The notes beneath the pieces were generated by a model. The model ran no database searches. It was not told the DNA's origin and worked only from the letters and a program-made list of their open reading frames with translations. Source: Octopus sinensis (Eukaryota). From it: 64,000 nt of DNA. The first letter of the stretch is position 1, and every line of letters begins with the position of its first letter. The DNA is taken from the NCBI RefSeq assembly GCF_006345805.1, contig NC_043012.1, positions 24,986,001 to 25,050,000 of the forward strand, in the 5' to 3' direction. Positions 25,471-38,718 of this stretch are shown piece after piece. The position numbers and the translations under genes were made by a program.

Positions 25471-26102
25471 CTCTCTCTCTTTCTATCTAAACATACATAC
25501 TTATATATATATATATATGTGGTGTGTGTGTGCACATATAACGCAGAATTCAGTGTTCTAACAAGGCATCGAATCGATGTTTAGTTGGACATAAAGATTA
25601 CCTTTTGTTATTAATACTGCTTCTCTCGCCAGTAATTAATGTTTTATAAGCCTGCTGGCTATTTGCGACCTCAGCGTCTGAAAAGATACTAAAATTCTAT
25701 ATACTGTAGCAGCGAAAATTGACAAGCATGAGGTGATTATCCCTTCAAATTGAAGAGGTACAGTAAACCGAAATCGCGTGGAATGGGAGTTTCAGCGCCC
25801 GTAACGGACGAATTTCATATGCTACGATACATGTATGTAGTTTTGTGTTCCAAGCACCTAAAGGTGAAGATCTCTCAAGTTTAATGACGCAGTAATCGGT
25901 TCTATAAGATGTCCCTGTTAAGTTGGATATAAAGATTTCGTTTTGCCATTGATTCTGTTTCCATCGCTGATAATTAATTTATTTATATTCTTTTATTCTT
26001 TTTTTCCTTTACTTGTTTCAGTCATTTGACTGCGGCCATGCTGGCGCACCGACTTATATATTAATTTATTTATTTATATATTTACTTATTTAGGTACGTA
26101 TG

Positions 26103-26315
26103 TACGAGGGCGTCCTGAAATGTTCTTGGTTTTGGGTAAAAAAAAATACAGAAGGATCAGTTAATTATGATTGTATTCAACATAGTCTCTTCTCAGATTC
26201 ACACACTTGTTGCAGAGATCTTTCAGATTTTGTAAGCCCTGTAAAAGAACTCGGCGGTTGGACCCCAAACCAGGCATTTTGCGATCCTTTAAAACCAAGA
26301 AAATTTCAGTACCTA
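26103..26315 (-). mobile_element. Mariner 3' end with right TIR
   Basis: Minus-strand peptide QGLQNLKDLCNKCVNLRRDYVE (typical mariner C-terminus). TIR-like TACGAGGGCGTCCTGAAATGTTC starts at 26103. Confidence 0.75.
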
Positions 26316-26367
26316 CTTGTATGTATGTATGTATGTATGTATGTATGTATGTATGTATGTATGTATA

Positions 26368-28375
26368 CAGTTGTGGGCATAGTTCCGCTAATCCACTAAC
26401 AGCCACTTAGCGTAGCTAACTTTTCGTGTATCGGATTAGCGTGTTCGCTAATGTTAGAAACCGATAGAAGACCATTTATATTTGGCAGAGTTCCGCTAAC
26501 TTTAAGTCCGCTAACAAAATTCATAAGCTTGTTCCTCTCTGTTGTGAGTGTGTCCCGACGAGTCCAGCAGACACGCTATTACCTGACTATGTATACATGT
26601 GACAAGTCGTGATTGATCGACGTAGCAGCAGTTAGCTGAGCAGCATTGTGTAATTCAGTAGTATTGAGTTGTGTTCACTTACGACGTTGTCACATTACAG
26701 ACAGTCTTACTGTGTCAGCGACAGCAGTGTACATTATCGGCTTATCAAGTTATCGCTTACCATTATGGAAGGTAAAGACGTCTTTGTTTGGCCTCAGGAT
26801 TAAGGACCTGTTGAGGAGTCTGCAACGGCTGTGGGTGACGCAGAGGTGGCTTAGTTTGAGAGCCAGGAGTCTGTTGAATCTGTCCTTGACGAGTCCGACC
26901 GCCTGTTCCTCAAGCTGCCAGTGCACATGACGTACGCAGCCCATACCTTCAACTTGGTAGTCAGAGTGGATGCAGAAAAAAACTCATGACAGCGCTTCGT
27001 TCAAGTCGGCCTCCAGGAAGGTCATGTCCAAGGCACAGCGGCTGTAGAATCTGTAGAGTTGCAGTAGGTGGCGGCAGACAGCATTCTGGACATGTTGAAG
27101 AGGAAGCTGGTTGTCATAAACAGTACAAGGTGGAACTCTACCTACGACTCGGTAGTTGTCCTCAACAACCTGGTAGAGAAGAATACTAGAGATGTTCACA
27201 GGGGGATGACACAGCTGAAGTGGCAGATCTTCACTGATTCTGACGGATCACGTCCATGTGATGTCTAACGTTGCCAAGGCCTTGGATAAAATCTAAAAGG
27301 GATGACCAGGCCTATCTCGGGAGACTTCTGCCAACACTGTAACGGTTACCTTCATCAAATTGAAGGTGGCTAAGTTCAAACATCTCCTTACTGCAGTCCT
27401 CTTGTAGACGCAATACTGGCAGGTATTATAAAAGGTTTGGGCTACTATTACAAGACTTGCAGTGCCAGCTGGCCGCTGCCTTTCACCCCAAATTTCACCT
27501 TTTCTAGCTGGAGGAGTATGATAACAGCCATCTTGGCATGTAGCGAATGCCATGGAGACCTTCGTGGAGACAGCCCTAATTGAGACCAGTGAGGAGGGCA
27601 GCAGCACACGCAGCAATGAGGATGAGGAAGATAAATTCTTCAGCAACATTACCGGGATCCGGAAGAGTAGTCCGAGGCGCAGAACTTGGTGAAGACTTGG
27701 CTGGAGGCCGTCTCGAAGGAAGTCCTCAATGAAATCGCCTTTTTTGGGTGAGCAGGTCTTGATCGACCTGTTCATCAAGTATAACACCACCTTCCCATTC
27801 AGTGCTGCAGTTGAGCGCCTATTCTCTATAGGCAAAGATATTTTGAGGGCCAAGAGAGCCAACCCTGTCAGGTGTTAACTTTGAGAGGCTGATGTTTATG
27901 AAGGGAAACCAGCATCACATCGATTGCGATGGAGAAGGCCCTGCTAGAGTAGTACACCTTGATCATCATCTGATCTTGGTATGTTACCTATGCTATATTA
28001 TACCTTATTAATTCGTTTAATACTAAAGTGTCTGATGACTGAAAAATTAATGTTTAATTTCATTTGTTCATGTAATTATTTGTGTACACCTTGATCATAA
28101 CCTGATCTTGGAATGCTATACATTTTTGGAAAGCTCTATCTCTATGCTACATGAAAATTTCAACTCTCTAGGTCTGTTGTTTTTAAGGGTTTTAGAACGG
28201 AAAACGCACAGCAAATTTAATTTCATGTGTTAAAATTTAGCGGTTGTCAGCTAACGTTTGCTTCAGCTAAATTTTTTTTTTACTTCTTTAGCGGTTTAAC
28301 GTTTGCTGAAGTGACATGTTTAGTTAACGTATGAATGGTTTACAAAGCTAACGATTTCGTTGCCTGTGCCCACGC

Positions 28376-28380
<5 letters not shown>
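26368..28380 (+). mobile_element. Decayed hAT transposon, about 2.0 kb, both ends present
   Basis: Imperfect TIRs CAGTTGTGGGCATAG and CTGTGCCCACGCCACTA, with many subterminal CGCTAA/TTAGCG motifs at both ends. Transposase remnants: YAAHTFNLVV (CxxH), STRWNSTYD and LFIKYNTTFPFSAAVERLFSIGKDILRAKR (hAT dimerisation domain). Many stops and frameshifts. Confidence 0.88.
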
Positions 28381-28416
<36 letters not shown>

Positions 28417-28749
28417 ATGGTGTATAGCTCCTTATACTATTCGTTTTGAAAATCTAAGGTGAAATCCCAAAAGTGCATCCTATATTTTAAAATATAATTA
28501 AATTCTCTGTGCATTTTTAACTTCGTTTCTTCTGTTTTACGTGTTTTTCAATTAATAGCAACTTTGATATATATATATATATATAACTGCATAATATATA
28601 TATATAAATGCATATATATATATATATATATATAATATACACACAATATATACTATATATATATATATTATATACATATATATATATATATATATATAAC
28701 ATATATATATACATATATATATACATATATATAGATATATATTATATAT

Positions 28750-28780
<31 letters not shown>

Positions 28781-28914
28781 GCATTTATAATATATAGCAT
28801 TTATATATATATATGTATATATATGCATTTATATATATGATATATATAGTATATATATATAATATATATATATACAATATATATATTATATATATATATA
28901 GTATATATATATAT

Positions 28915-29240
28915 ACTTTATTTTAAGCAGCAGAAAATTCAACAAAATCTGTTACTCTGAGTTTCTCGTTGCCGTTCATCAGACAGTTTTTGCTAGAATG
29001 GAATATATATTAATTCAATCTATACTCTTACAAACGCTACACCTTTAAAAAGAAATGGACTTGTTTGATTGGCCCTTTAGAAAAAACGGTCAATCTCGAG
29101 CGATAACAAAAAAGGTCAAAAATATATGTATATATATATAAAAAAACTTATAAAAATATGAAAATTATAAAATCCGAGGAAAAAACCGAGGAAAAAACCT
29201 ATTGCCGTTAATGAAGACAGTACAAATTAATGCATAGAAA
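28915..29240 (-). mobile_element. Non-coding PLE pLTR-like repeat (family H2) carrying a hammerhead
   Basis: Flanked by (TA)n and contains the motif at 28943-28992. Confidence 0.6.
28943..28992 (-). ncRNA. Type I hammerhead ribozyme motif, near-canonical
   Basis: CAAAAACTGT CTGATGA ACGGCAACGA GAAA CTCAGAG TA / ACAGATTTTG. The core is intact, stem I is about 9 bp, stem II is 2 bp with a GCAA loop and an A.A mismatch at its base, and the predicted site is GUA. Confidence 0.7.
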
Positions 29241-30019
29241 TTAAACCTGTTATAAATACTGCAATACATATTTATATAAAATCCACATATATATATCAAC
29301 ATACACAAAGGATGCGCGTAAACGCCATACATACATATACAGACGTATGAATATGAATCTAATTATACACATAAAAGCATGTGTACATATATTCACGCAA
29401 ACCGTCTCGCACGCAAGCTAAAAATTCATCTATGTAGCAATTCTCATATACTGAGCAAGGAGGGGGAACGAAAAAGGGAAAAAGAGAGAAAAGGAACGAA
29501 AGAGGGGGGGGGGAAACTTGTAGCGATGTTATTGGCATCTATAGAGGCCAGTATACATACACAAGTTTGAATTGATACATATACATACCGTCGTGTGTAT
29601 GCGTGCTTAAGCACAAGCATACTTTCACTTACACATACACAGATACGCATGCTTACAAATACATATGCTTGCTATACACAACTTATATAAACATTCTAAA
29701 TTTGACAACATTGCTTTTTTTAAAAAAACATTGCTTTTAAAAATGGGTGCATTAATAAAAATATATACGAAAGACATATAAAATAAAATATAACATCCTA
29801 TTTTGGGTCATTTATAAATAATCAAGGTAATATAAATAATCAAGGTAATCCTATGCAATACAATAACATGAAAACAAGAGTTTGTAGGTTTTCCTAATAT
29901 ATATGTAGAAACAATAAGACTTTGCTATAGATCCGTCGTAGCGCTTAAGAGTCAAAATCAAAATCAAAAATCAAAATACAAAATATATACTCTATCCATA
30001 TGGTATATTTATATTCGAC

Positions 30020-30690
30020 ATTTTAAATTTAGCGCGTGCCTACATAAGTTCATTAACTCACTTCTTTGATTCAAAGAATTATTGTCTTTGAATAATATGT
30101 GCATTTTTTCTAATAAGCAAAGCTTGCACTTGAAATTATATTTGTAAGCTCCATGCCTGTATGGTGCCCGCCCTGTCCAGAATGCTCCATGTCACGTTGA
30201 AAGGTGGGGCTTCTTTTCTTTTAGTTCCCAGACATATTTTGCTAGGCTGGTTTTCTTCCTACTCTGGGTATTTAAAAGAATTCTTATGAGAATAAAATCT
30301 TGTTTTAAATGAATTTTCTGAAGCCCCTGTGATGTCTTGTATTCCGATGAGCCTTCCACTTGCACCCTTGGCTCTATAAACCACTCCTTTCACTAGACAT
30401 TTCCCTTTAACGGACAGGAGCTTTCGTTTTTGGAATTACATTTTTTAATGGGTCGGCACCATGTCTAATCTCAATTAGCTTCCTATTATGTTGGCTAATG
30501 TAAGAGGCGAAATTTCTGCAACAAGAATAGCTAACCTTCAGGGTTCTTCTATTAAATATTCTGTAGAATTATGACCCTGCTTAAAATGCTTAGAGACTAA
30601 TCTCAAAAATTCTACCTTATTAGTCTTTACGGCCAAATTGAAAGCCGGGTTGAACCACAAAACTTTCCTGGTCCATTTCAATATGGCTAA
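30020..30690 (-). mobile_element. Penelope-like element coding remnant (RT thumb/linker and GIY-YIG endonuclease)
   Basis: WTRKVLWFNPAFNLAVKTN...KHF, TLKVSYSC, CNSKNESSCPLKGKCLVKGVVYRA, FKTRFYSHKNSFK, SLAKYVWELKEK and CKLCLLEK all match PLE motifs. Stops and frameshifts are present. Confidence 0.85.
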
Positions 30691-30873
30691 CCCCTAAGGG
30701 TGGATGCTACTGTAGTTTTTAGCCCCAGGAGGACACACTCCTCCAGCTGGCCGTAGACACACTTTCTGTGTCCTGTCAGTATTTGCAAAGGGAATACTTA
30801 TACTATTATATCATATTAACACACACACACGCACACACATACAACATACACACACACACACGCACACACACAC

Positions 30874-30923
<50 letters not shown>

Positions 30924-31189
30924 TTGAGTATAAAGTATTGCAATATTTTGGTAACTTGATAGCTTTATTTGTCAAGTTGCAAAGAAAGCAGCCTATTATT
31001 TAGAATAGAGGCCATCATTTCCTAACGTTTGAAGCCAGCTTTCTGCTAGTGTTTTGATCCGACGTTATTAGCACGGTATTTTGGTCCTTCGATGCAAACG
31101 GCCTTTTCACAGAAGCTTCCATCACCGCTTGTTTGATGAAGTTCGCGTGCCATGAATCGGGAGAATAATCCGAGTGAGATACTTTTCCG

Positions 31190-31735
31190 CTACCTTAACG
31201 TGCAATGACAGTGGCTAAACAAAGGTCAGCTTCTGGAAAACATCGGTAAAAATGGGCGTTTCGAACAGAGGATGGTACTCTCCATCTGGTGAAGGGATAA
31301 TTCACTACGGGCTCCTTCTGAATAGTTGGATAATCGATTCCAAATTATTCTATGAACTCCTGGAGTTGATGTGTGCCATTCTGCAGCAAAAATACATATC
31401 ATTGGTTTACAGAAAGTAAGCTTCTCTGCAGAAAATCAACGCAAGATCTCATATTGTTTGAATGACCTGGAAATAATAAACTCCAGGAACTTGAAGGAAC
31501 CAAATTGATGCCACACCCACCATACAGTCCAGACCGATCGACCTCGGATTATTGCGCGTTGCAATGCACGTCTCACTGCGCTCTCGATTCTTCACCAAGC
31601 AAGAAGAGGTGGATGTTTCAGTGAAGGATTTCTTCGCCTCGAGGGACAAGAATTGGTATATGCACGGGATTAAAGGACTAGCAGAAAGGTGGGTTCAGAC
31701 AGTGGGACACAGTGGCTTCTACTTTGAAGCAAATA
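31190..31735 (+). mobile_element. Mariner transposase C-terminal remnant
   Basis: MPHPPYSPDRSTSDY and EEVDVSVKDFFASRDKNWYMHGIKGLAERWVQTVGHSGFYFE. Confidence 0.85.
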
Positions 31736-31913
31736 CGTTACCAAAATATTGTAAAGCTTTTAACCCAACACAATATTTATACATACGTATGTAAATGAAC
31801 ATAACTATACGTATATATAATAAACAAAATATTTTACACATTGGTCTAAAATCCTTGTATATTTGTGTGTTTGTGTGCGCGCGCGTGTGTGAGTGTGTGT
31901 GTGTGTGTATGTA

Positions 31914-31966
<53 letters not shown>

Positions 31967-31989
31967 ATATTATATAATAAAATATGTTC

Positions 31990-32342
31990 TTTTACTTGTT
32001 TCAGTTATTTGACTGCGGTCATGATGGAGCACCATCTTTAGTCGAATAAAATCGACCCCAGGACTTATTCTTTGTAAGCCTAGTACTTCTTCTATCGGTT
32101 TCTTTTTGCCGAACCGTTACGTGACGGGGGCGTAGACATATCAGCATCGGTTGTGAAGCGATGGTGGGTGGACAAACACAGTCAGGCTTCTTTCAGTTTC
32201 CGTCTACCAAATCCACTCACAAAGCTTTGGTCAGCCCGAGGCTATAGCAGAAGACACTTGCCCAAGGTGCCACGCGGTAGGACTGAACCCGGAATTATGT
32301 GGTTGGGAAGCAACCTTCTTACTACACAGCCACTCCTACGTC
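31990..32342 (-). mobile_element. SINE family B, near full length
   Basis: Same head and tail as 6790-7205, with the central microsatellite almost absent. Confidence 0.88.
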
Positions 32343-32775
32343 TATATATTATCATTATTATGATTATTATTATTATTATTATTATTAGATAATAAAACGA
32401 ATGGTTTACACCTGGTAGCTTACTGGTAAAGCACGGTCACTTTCACAGTTTTCGTTATGTATTAGGTTCGACCGATCTGGCATCGATCCCTCACAGATGG
32501 AAAAAAAAAACTGGTTCAAGTGCATCCGACGGTGCAGATGTGTCTCTTCAGGTGATAAACAGATAGATCTCCTTTAAATAATAATTCCGCAATATATCTT
32601 CTCAATCCGTGTAAAGAAAAGCAGCAAATTAAAGGATATGGCTTCCTTTATATATCAATGAGATACCACATGCAAAAAAGAAACGAACGCCGTATACAGG
32701 GAAAAAAAAATCTTTAATATAACCATTAACAGATATGGATGTATAAACATATGTATGTATATTCATATATTTGTG

Positions 32776-32895
<120 letters not shown>

Positions 32896-33372
32896 GTACG
32901 ACTTGGCAAACGTTTTGCGTTATCTTGTGAGAACAAAGCCTCTTAGGAGAGAAACTCAGACACAACTTTGTTTCCAAACTTATACATATATAAACATTTA
33001 AACACGCACGCACAGGCCCTCATTCATACTAATACTCACACAGAGACATGTACACCATCGTCATCATTTACAAAGCGTTGTAAAGGAAGACAGTACAATC
33101 ACTATGCAAAAAGAAAAAGCTCTTTGACAAATTCTCTGAGAACATACCCCTCCGTACTATGTCAACAATTTCAAGTGTTCGGCAACCTTTATGGAAACCG
33201 AGCTTAACCTCACATTCTATTGATGCGATTTTCTTCTCAATTTACATGAAAATCTTACTTGTTTTATCAAGCTGTCTTTAATAGATTTGCCTTTTCTAAT
33301 GTTAGCGGTATCGGTGTATCTGGCATATAATGTATATGTATGTGTAGTTTTATACATACATACATACATACA

Positions 33373-33408
<36 letters not shown>

Positions 33409-33475
33409 TACATATATATATACATATATACATATATACATAAAAATATACATATATATATATATATGTATGTAT

Positions 33476-33542
<67 letters not shown>

Positions 33543-34149
33543 CATAGATAGATAGGTAGATAGATAGATAGATAGATTGATAGACAGATAGACAGATATA
33601 GATATATGCATATATGCAAACATAAATACATATGTATATATATATATGCATATAAGTATATATATATATATATATAGATACAGGAAGAGAGAGAGGGAGA
33701 TAGTCGAAGTGCACTTGAATTTTTTAAAATGGTGTATTATGTTCAGTTAACCGCTTTCACAAGTTCATGTCTTTCAAATATAGTGTTAGATAATGTGATC
33801 TAAACTTTGGCTGTATTTGTCTCGCGGTTAAGTAACTGTAAATAGATCGTGTGAGATACTCAAAGTGTATTTTAAACTCGCGTTTATATTTCTACTCATG
33901 TGAAAAATAAATTTTCGTGTCTACGTATATACATATATACGTGTGTGTTTGGGTGTATATATGCGTACATGTATGTATATTTTTTCTTTGTAAAGCCACA
34001 GAAGGCCCTGAGTACACTTACAAATCTTTTAGACTTGTATGTGGATAAACGCATTTATTTCAGACGTTTTAATGTATACAGTCACCCATACTCTGCAGTG
34101 GGATTTAAAAAATGAAAATTTCATTGTTGGTCGACATTGTTCCACAACC

Positions 34150-34355
34150 AAGGCGGCGTGGTGGCAGAATTGTTAGCATGCTGGACGAAATGCTTAGCGG
34201 TATTTCACCCTTCGTTCAAATTCGGCCGAGGTCGACTTTACCCTTCATCCTTTCAGGAACGATAAATTAAGTACCAGTTGAATACTAAAGTCAACATAAT
34301 CGACTCATCCTCCCCCTCCTCCAAGTTTCAGGCCTTGTGCCTGTAGAAGAAAGAA
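34150..34355 (+). mobile_element. SINE family A
   Basis: AAGGCGGCGTGGTGGCAGAATTGTTAGC...GGCCTTGTGCCTGTAGAAGAAAGAATTA. Confidence 0.85.
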
Positions 34356-36334
34356 TTATTTCAGAACCATCGGAATGTGAAGCGCTCCTCACGAACGCAC
34401 GTTCGTGAGATAGTTGTGATCTATAAACAGTTTTGTGTTGGAACAGGCAAGACAAATATGAACACCCAATGTGCACGTGCACACTGAATTCATAAAGCGG
34501 AAAAGAATAAAAACGCAATACGCATGTTAGAATAAAATGGAAGAGAGTTATATGATGCTCTGCATGCCACGTCTGACACCATTATCATTCAGCTTCGCTG
34601 TAGTATTCTTGTTTCAATCTTGCTGACGTTCCGGACAGACGTTATGTGTTCGATTACGTCGAGTCAAAAATAACTATGATATAAGTTAGCAAATGGAGAT
34701 AAACTCGGACTTTCTCTTTTTGATTTGAGGATCATTGTGGATGAGGTCTTTAGCGTAATGATGTTATAGCATCAGGGAAAATACAAGAGACATGATTTAG
34801 ATTACATCAGTGGTAATGCATATCCTTTCTTGTTTAATTTCACTTTTTGTTTTATATAGTATCTAGTTTCAGAGTATTTTCAAAAATAATTTATTGAAAT
34901 TGAATGCTTGTGTACACTCTTTTGAAAAATGTATTCGTGCTGTATCTCGGAAACCATAAATGATAATACACTTTCTAAAATTGGAAACCATATATGATAA
35001 TGCGCTTTCTAAAACAAGCTGATGGCCACATATTTTCGTATAGCCATAACTGAATATTTCAAGCTCAGTACATGATGGTAGTCATACCAGTTTACTGCTA
35101 TTGAACACTGAACATTAAGAGATTAAATTATAAATTATCATAAATTAATATATGTTTTTCGCTAATTAATCTCATCTTTTGAGTCTATAATGACATTATT
35201 TTCATTGACAATGGAGTTCTCAAGGCTTAATATCTGATCATTCTCAGGTATTTTGGCATAACTCCAGGTTGGCCTTTAAGAAGATTTGTGATGAAGTTCG
35301 TTGAATTCATGATCACGTCTTCTTCATTAAAAGGCTAATTCATGCAGGACTATAGTATCCTAGATATGTCACGTCCCCTTATAAAGATATTCCTTAATTT
35401 GAGACAGGTTTCTACGTTGTCTTATTATAGGATGTGTGCACAATACCTGACACAAATTGGGTTGTAAGAAAAAAAAGAACATATATTAGAAAATTGATGG
35501 AAATAACGCAGTTAATCACTAGGATATGTTCATTGTCCAATGATATTTAATGAATGAAAATTCGAAATTAAGAGTATCAGTATAGTTATCTAACAGGCCA
35601 AGTTCAGTGTGTGACAAAAACACTCAAAAAAACAACGGATTAATTTTAATAAACGTTTCAACGATAAATGCACGCTGTGTACATATTCAAGCCATAATGG
35701 TAACAGAAGAAATACGAGGAAATATTGGTTTTAAACTTTGGTATAAGGCCTGCTGAAGATTCTGCCAGTTCAACGCTTTAATACAATGAAATATTATCTA
35801 CAAGAACATGCCATTACCTTCTGCCTAACTTGGCAAGCATCACACCGATGGTTATGTAAAACATGGGAGAATTTTCTGCATCAAATTATAGAAAGGCTAG
35901 ATGTTATTAAATTAATAGATGTATCAATAATTCTATCATTATTTTATATATAGGGTGTGACAAAAAAACCAGCATTTTGTAGGTTGCCAAACATGTTAAT
36001 AGAAAATGCGTAAGACACTGCACGTAATCCCAGAGTAATAACTGCAAAACAAAACGATGTAAGATTAGCCACACGAAATCACTGGTATCGTCTGTCTAGC
36101 TTCATAATCGCCTTACGGAGAGCTGTGTGAGACAGAGGAGACATTTCTACCCAGGCCGAACGATAGTTGTTGGATGGAAAATGGAATGACGGATATGTGA
36201 GGGGGAATACGACGCAGGTTTGTGAGTCTCCAAACTGAATAATATGAAAATGTGAAATACTGTATTCGTTTGCATTTACTGTATATTTTTATAAACAGTA
36301 ACTAGATCAGTATTCGGGTAACGACGTTTACGTG

Positions 36335-36760
36335 CGTCTACTACTACTACTATGGCAATCCCTCAAGGTCGAGGATGATGGTCTTCGCGCCAATTTATTG
36401 GTGAGTCCGCAGGTGACTGATAAGACCAATTCTTGCTCGAAAAGATCGGTCACAGTGCGGACATCTAGTGCCGGAAGGGAGAGTCGCACGTTGTTGTTGT
36501 TGGCGCTCCTACCGTCGTCGTCTTTTCTCCTCCAGCTCCGCAGACCTTTTCGACTCGAAATTCGCCGTCCCCTCATGGATGGTGGTTTTCCAGAGTGGTC
36601 TGTTTTTTGCCGTTTCCTCCCAGTTGGTGAAGTCAACGTTACACTTTTTGAGGTTCGATTTCAGGGAGCCCTTGTAGCGTTTCTTCTGGCCTCCTTTTGT
36701 ACGCTTGCCGTCTTTGAGTTGGGAGTAGAAGATCTGTTTGGGAAGTCGTTCGTCTACATG
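36335..36760 (-). mobile_element. RTE (BovB-like) LINE 3' end, young, with C2H2 finger and (TAG)n tail
   Basis: Minus frame ERLPKQIFYSQLKDGKRTKGGQKKRYKGSLKSNLKKCNVDFTNWEETAKNRPLWKTTIHEGTANFE...CPHCDRSFRARIGLISHLRTHQ with one internal stop. The 3' end is GAGGGATTGCCA followed by TAGTAGTAG. Confidence 0.88.
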
Positions 36761-37115
36761 CGTCTACATCTATCCATACGTACATACATATCTGCGTGAG
36801 TAGGTTTGTACATACACACACACACACACATTTATATCTGTTTCTTTTTTGTGTCTTTGTTACCGTCGCGTTCGCAGGCTTTCTTACAGGGGGGATCTGG
36901 TGCTCTTGGCTTGGACTTTTTTGCGGGCGGCCGGGTCGGGCCGCCTCGGGTGTGGCTGCCCGAGATGGTCGTGACTTCTGTGGGTTGGCTGCTGGGCAGT
37001 GGGGGGAGGGGCTCAGTTAGCCTGTCCTTCTTATTGTTTCTCTTGTCCGCCTTCGTATCGTCTATCTGTCCGAATGTTTTATTGCCCTCTATTGCGTTTT
37101 TGTTCCATTTATATA

Positions 37116-37420
37116 TCTATTATATAAAATACGTTCTGTCTGTCTGTGTGTGTGTCTTCTAGGATCTCGGGCATCCTCCATCCGATGGCGCTCAAATTTG
37201 AAATGTAGATACCGACGGTATCAGGGCGTGTACAAGTCTTGGAAAAATTACAAAAATCAATTCCAGGTGAGAATGCGATGGATAAAGCCGCGGGAACGTG
37301 CATTTGTAGGTGCAAGTACATCAGCTGTTGCAATCGATACTACGCATGCGCGCAAAAATGCACGTGCAGTTTGCGTAAAATAAGCCGTCTGGCTTGAAAT
37401 AACGCCACAAAATGCAGTAT
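37116..37420 (+). mobile_element. Probable non-autonomous Helitron 5' portion
   Basis: Begins A|TCTATTATATAAAA followed by TGTCTGTCTG and a mixed-sequence body, the same 5' layout as 44815. No 3' CTAG/hairpin was found. Confidence 0.5.
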
Positions 37421-37673
37421 ATTTAAGAGACCAAAAAAGTAAAATGCAAAAGAGATATTTTGTTCAAACTTGGCATGAAGGAAGGAAAGACTATTTGGTT
37501 TCTCAAGAAGTTTTGTTTTTTTTGCCTTAACTTCGTTTAAAAAAAACCAAAAATTTTATTGAAATAAAGGCATGCTTAATTATTTTTTAATGAAAAGAAA
37601 ACACTGATTGCTTTTTGTTCAGCAGATATGATTCAGCACGTCCATTAGACGGGGGAAATTTTGCTTGTATATA

Positions 37674-37704
<31 letters not shown>

Positions 37705-38678
37705 ATATTATATATATATATATATATATATCTATATATATATATGTATATATAATAACCACTTATAAGCATATTTGTGTATATATGTGTGCGTGTGTGT
37801 GTGTATATGCGTATATGTGTGTGTGTATGTGTGTGTGTGTATGCGGCTGTGTGTGTGCACATATATATATTTAGGTGCGTGTATGTTTCCTTACATAAAT
37901 GATAAGGCTACTTGCAAACGTATAGGCCTATGCATAAACTCACTCACACACCGCAGACCTACTTCGCACTGACACCAGTAAAATCACACACACACCACAA
38001 ATACACACACAATACATAAACACACACTCACGCACACATATACAGAATCAGGCATGTCCACACGCCCACATAAAGAGATTGGTTGAATGTCTCGACAGAC
38101 GGTCAGTACCCTGAGGTAAATCTACGACCCATAATTGTATAAAGAACATTCATTTCCTCGGAATTTAATTAAGAAGTAAATGGATTTGATGAGATGAGAC
38201 GATTTCTAACGGAGCCATTATGTCTGCGATATTTTGACACAGAGACATACACACACAAATACATACATACATACATACATACATACATACATACATACAT
38301 ACATACATACATACATACATACATACATACATACATACATGCATGCATGCATACATACATGCACAAATACAGGGACAACCGTACTTACACACACACACCT
38401 AGACACACGTAGGTACACGTAGACACACACACACAATATATATTCGTGCTTACACAACAACATACATGTATTCGCCCAATAGCATATGTACAGACACGCA
38501 CACATGCACACCTCACATAATACCCCCCCCAACACACATACATATGTACACACACTTTACAATGCACAAATTCTTGTGTATATAATGTTATATATATATG
38601 TATCTATATATATATATCTATATAAATATATATATATGTGTATATATATATATATCAAATATATATATGTATATATAT

Positions 38679-38718
<40 letters not shown>

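Noticed and set aside
24910-25584. 224-aa MYVC/LSIY ORF and similar ORFs throughout the window
   Set aside because: These are (TATG)n, (TATC)n, (TA)n and (TG)n translations.
25583-25937. 17-bp direct repeat (AGTTGGA(C/T)ATAAAGATT) flanking about 320 bp; also a 20-bp repeat at about 60895/61340
   Set aside because: They could be old TSDs, but the enclosed sequence has no element features, so there is not enough support.
27293-27862. 189-aa minus-strand ORF
   Set aside because: It is antisense to the decayed hAT transposase and has no independent protein features.
36328-36799. 102-aa (-) and 155-aa (+) ORFs that look gene-like
   Set aside because: They are the alternative and antisense frames of the RTE LINE 3' end.
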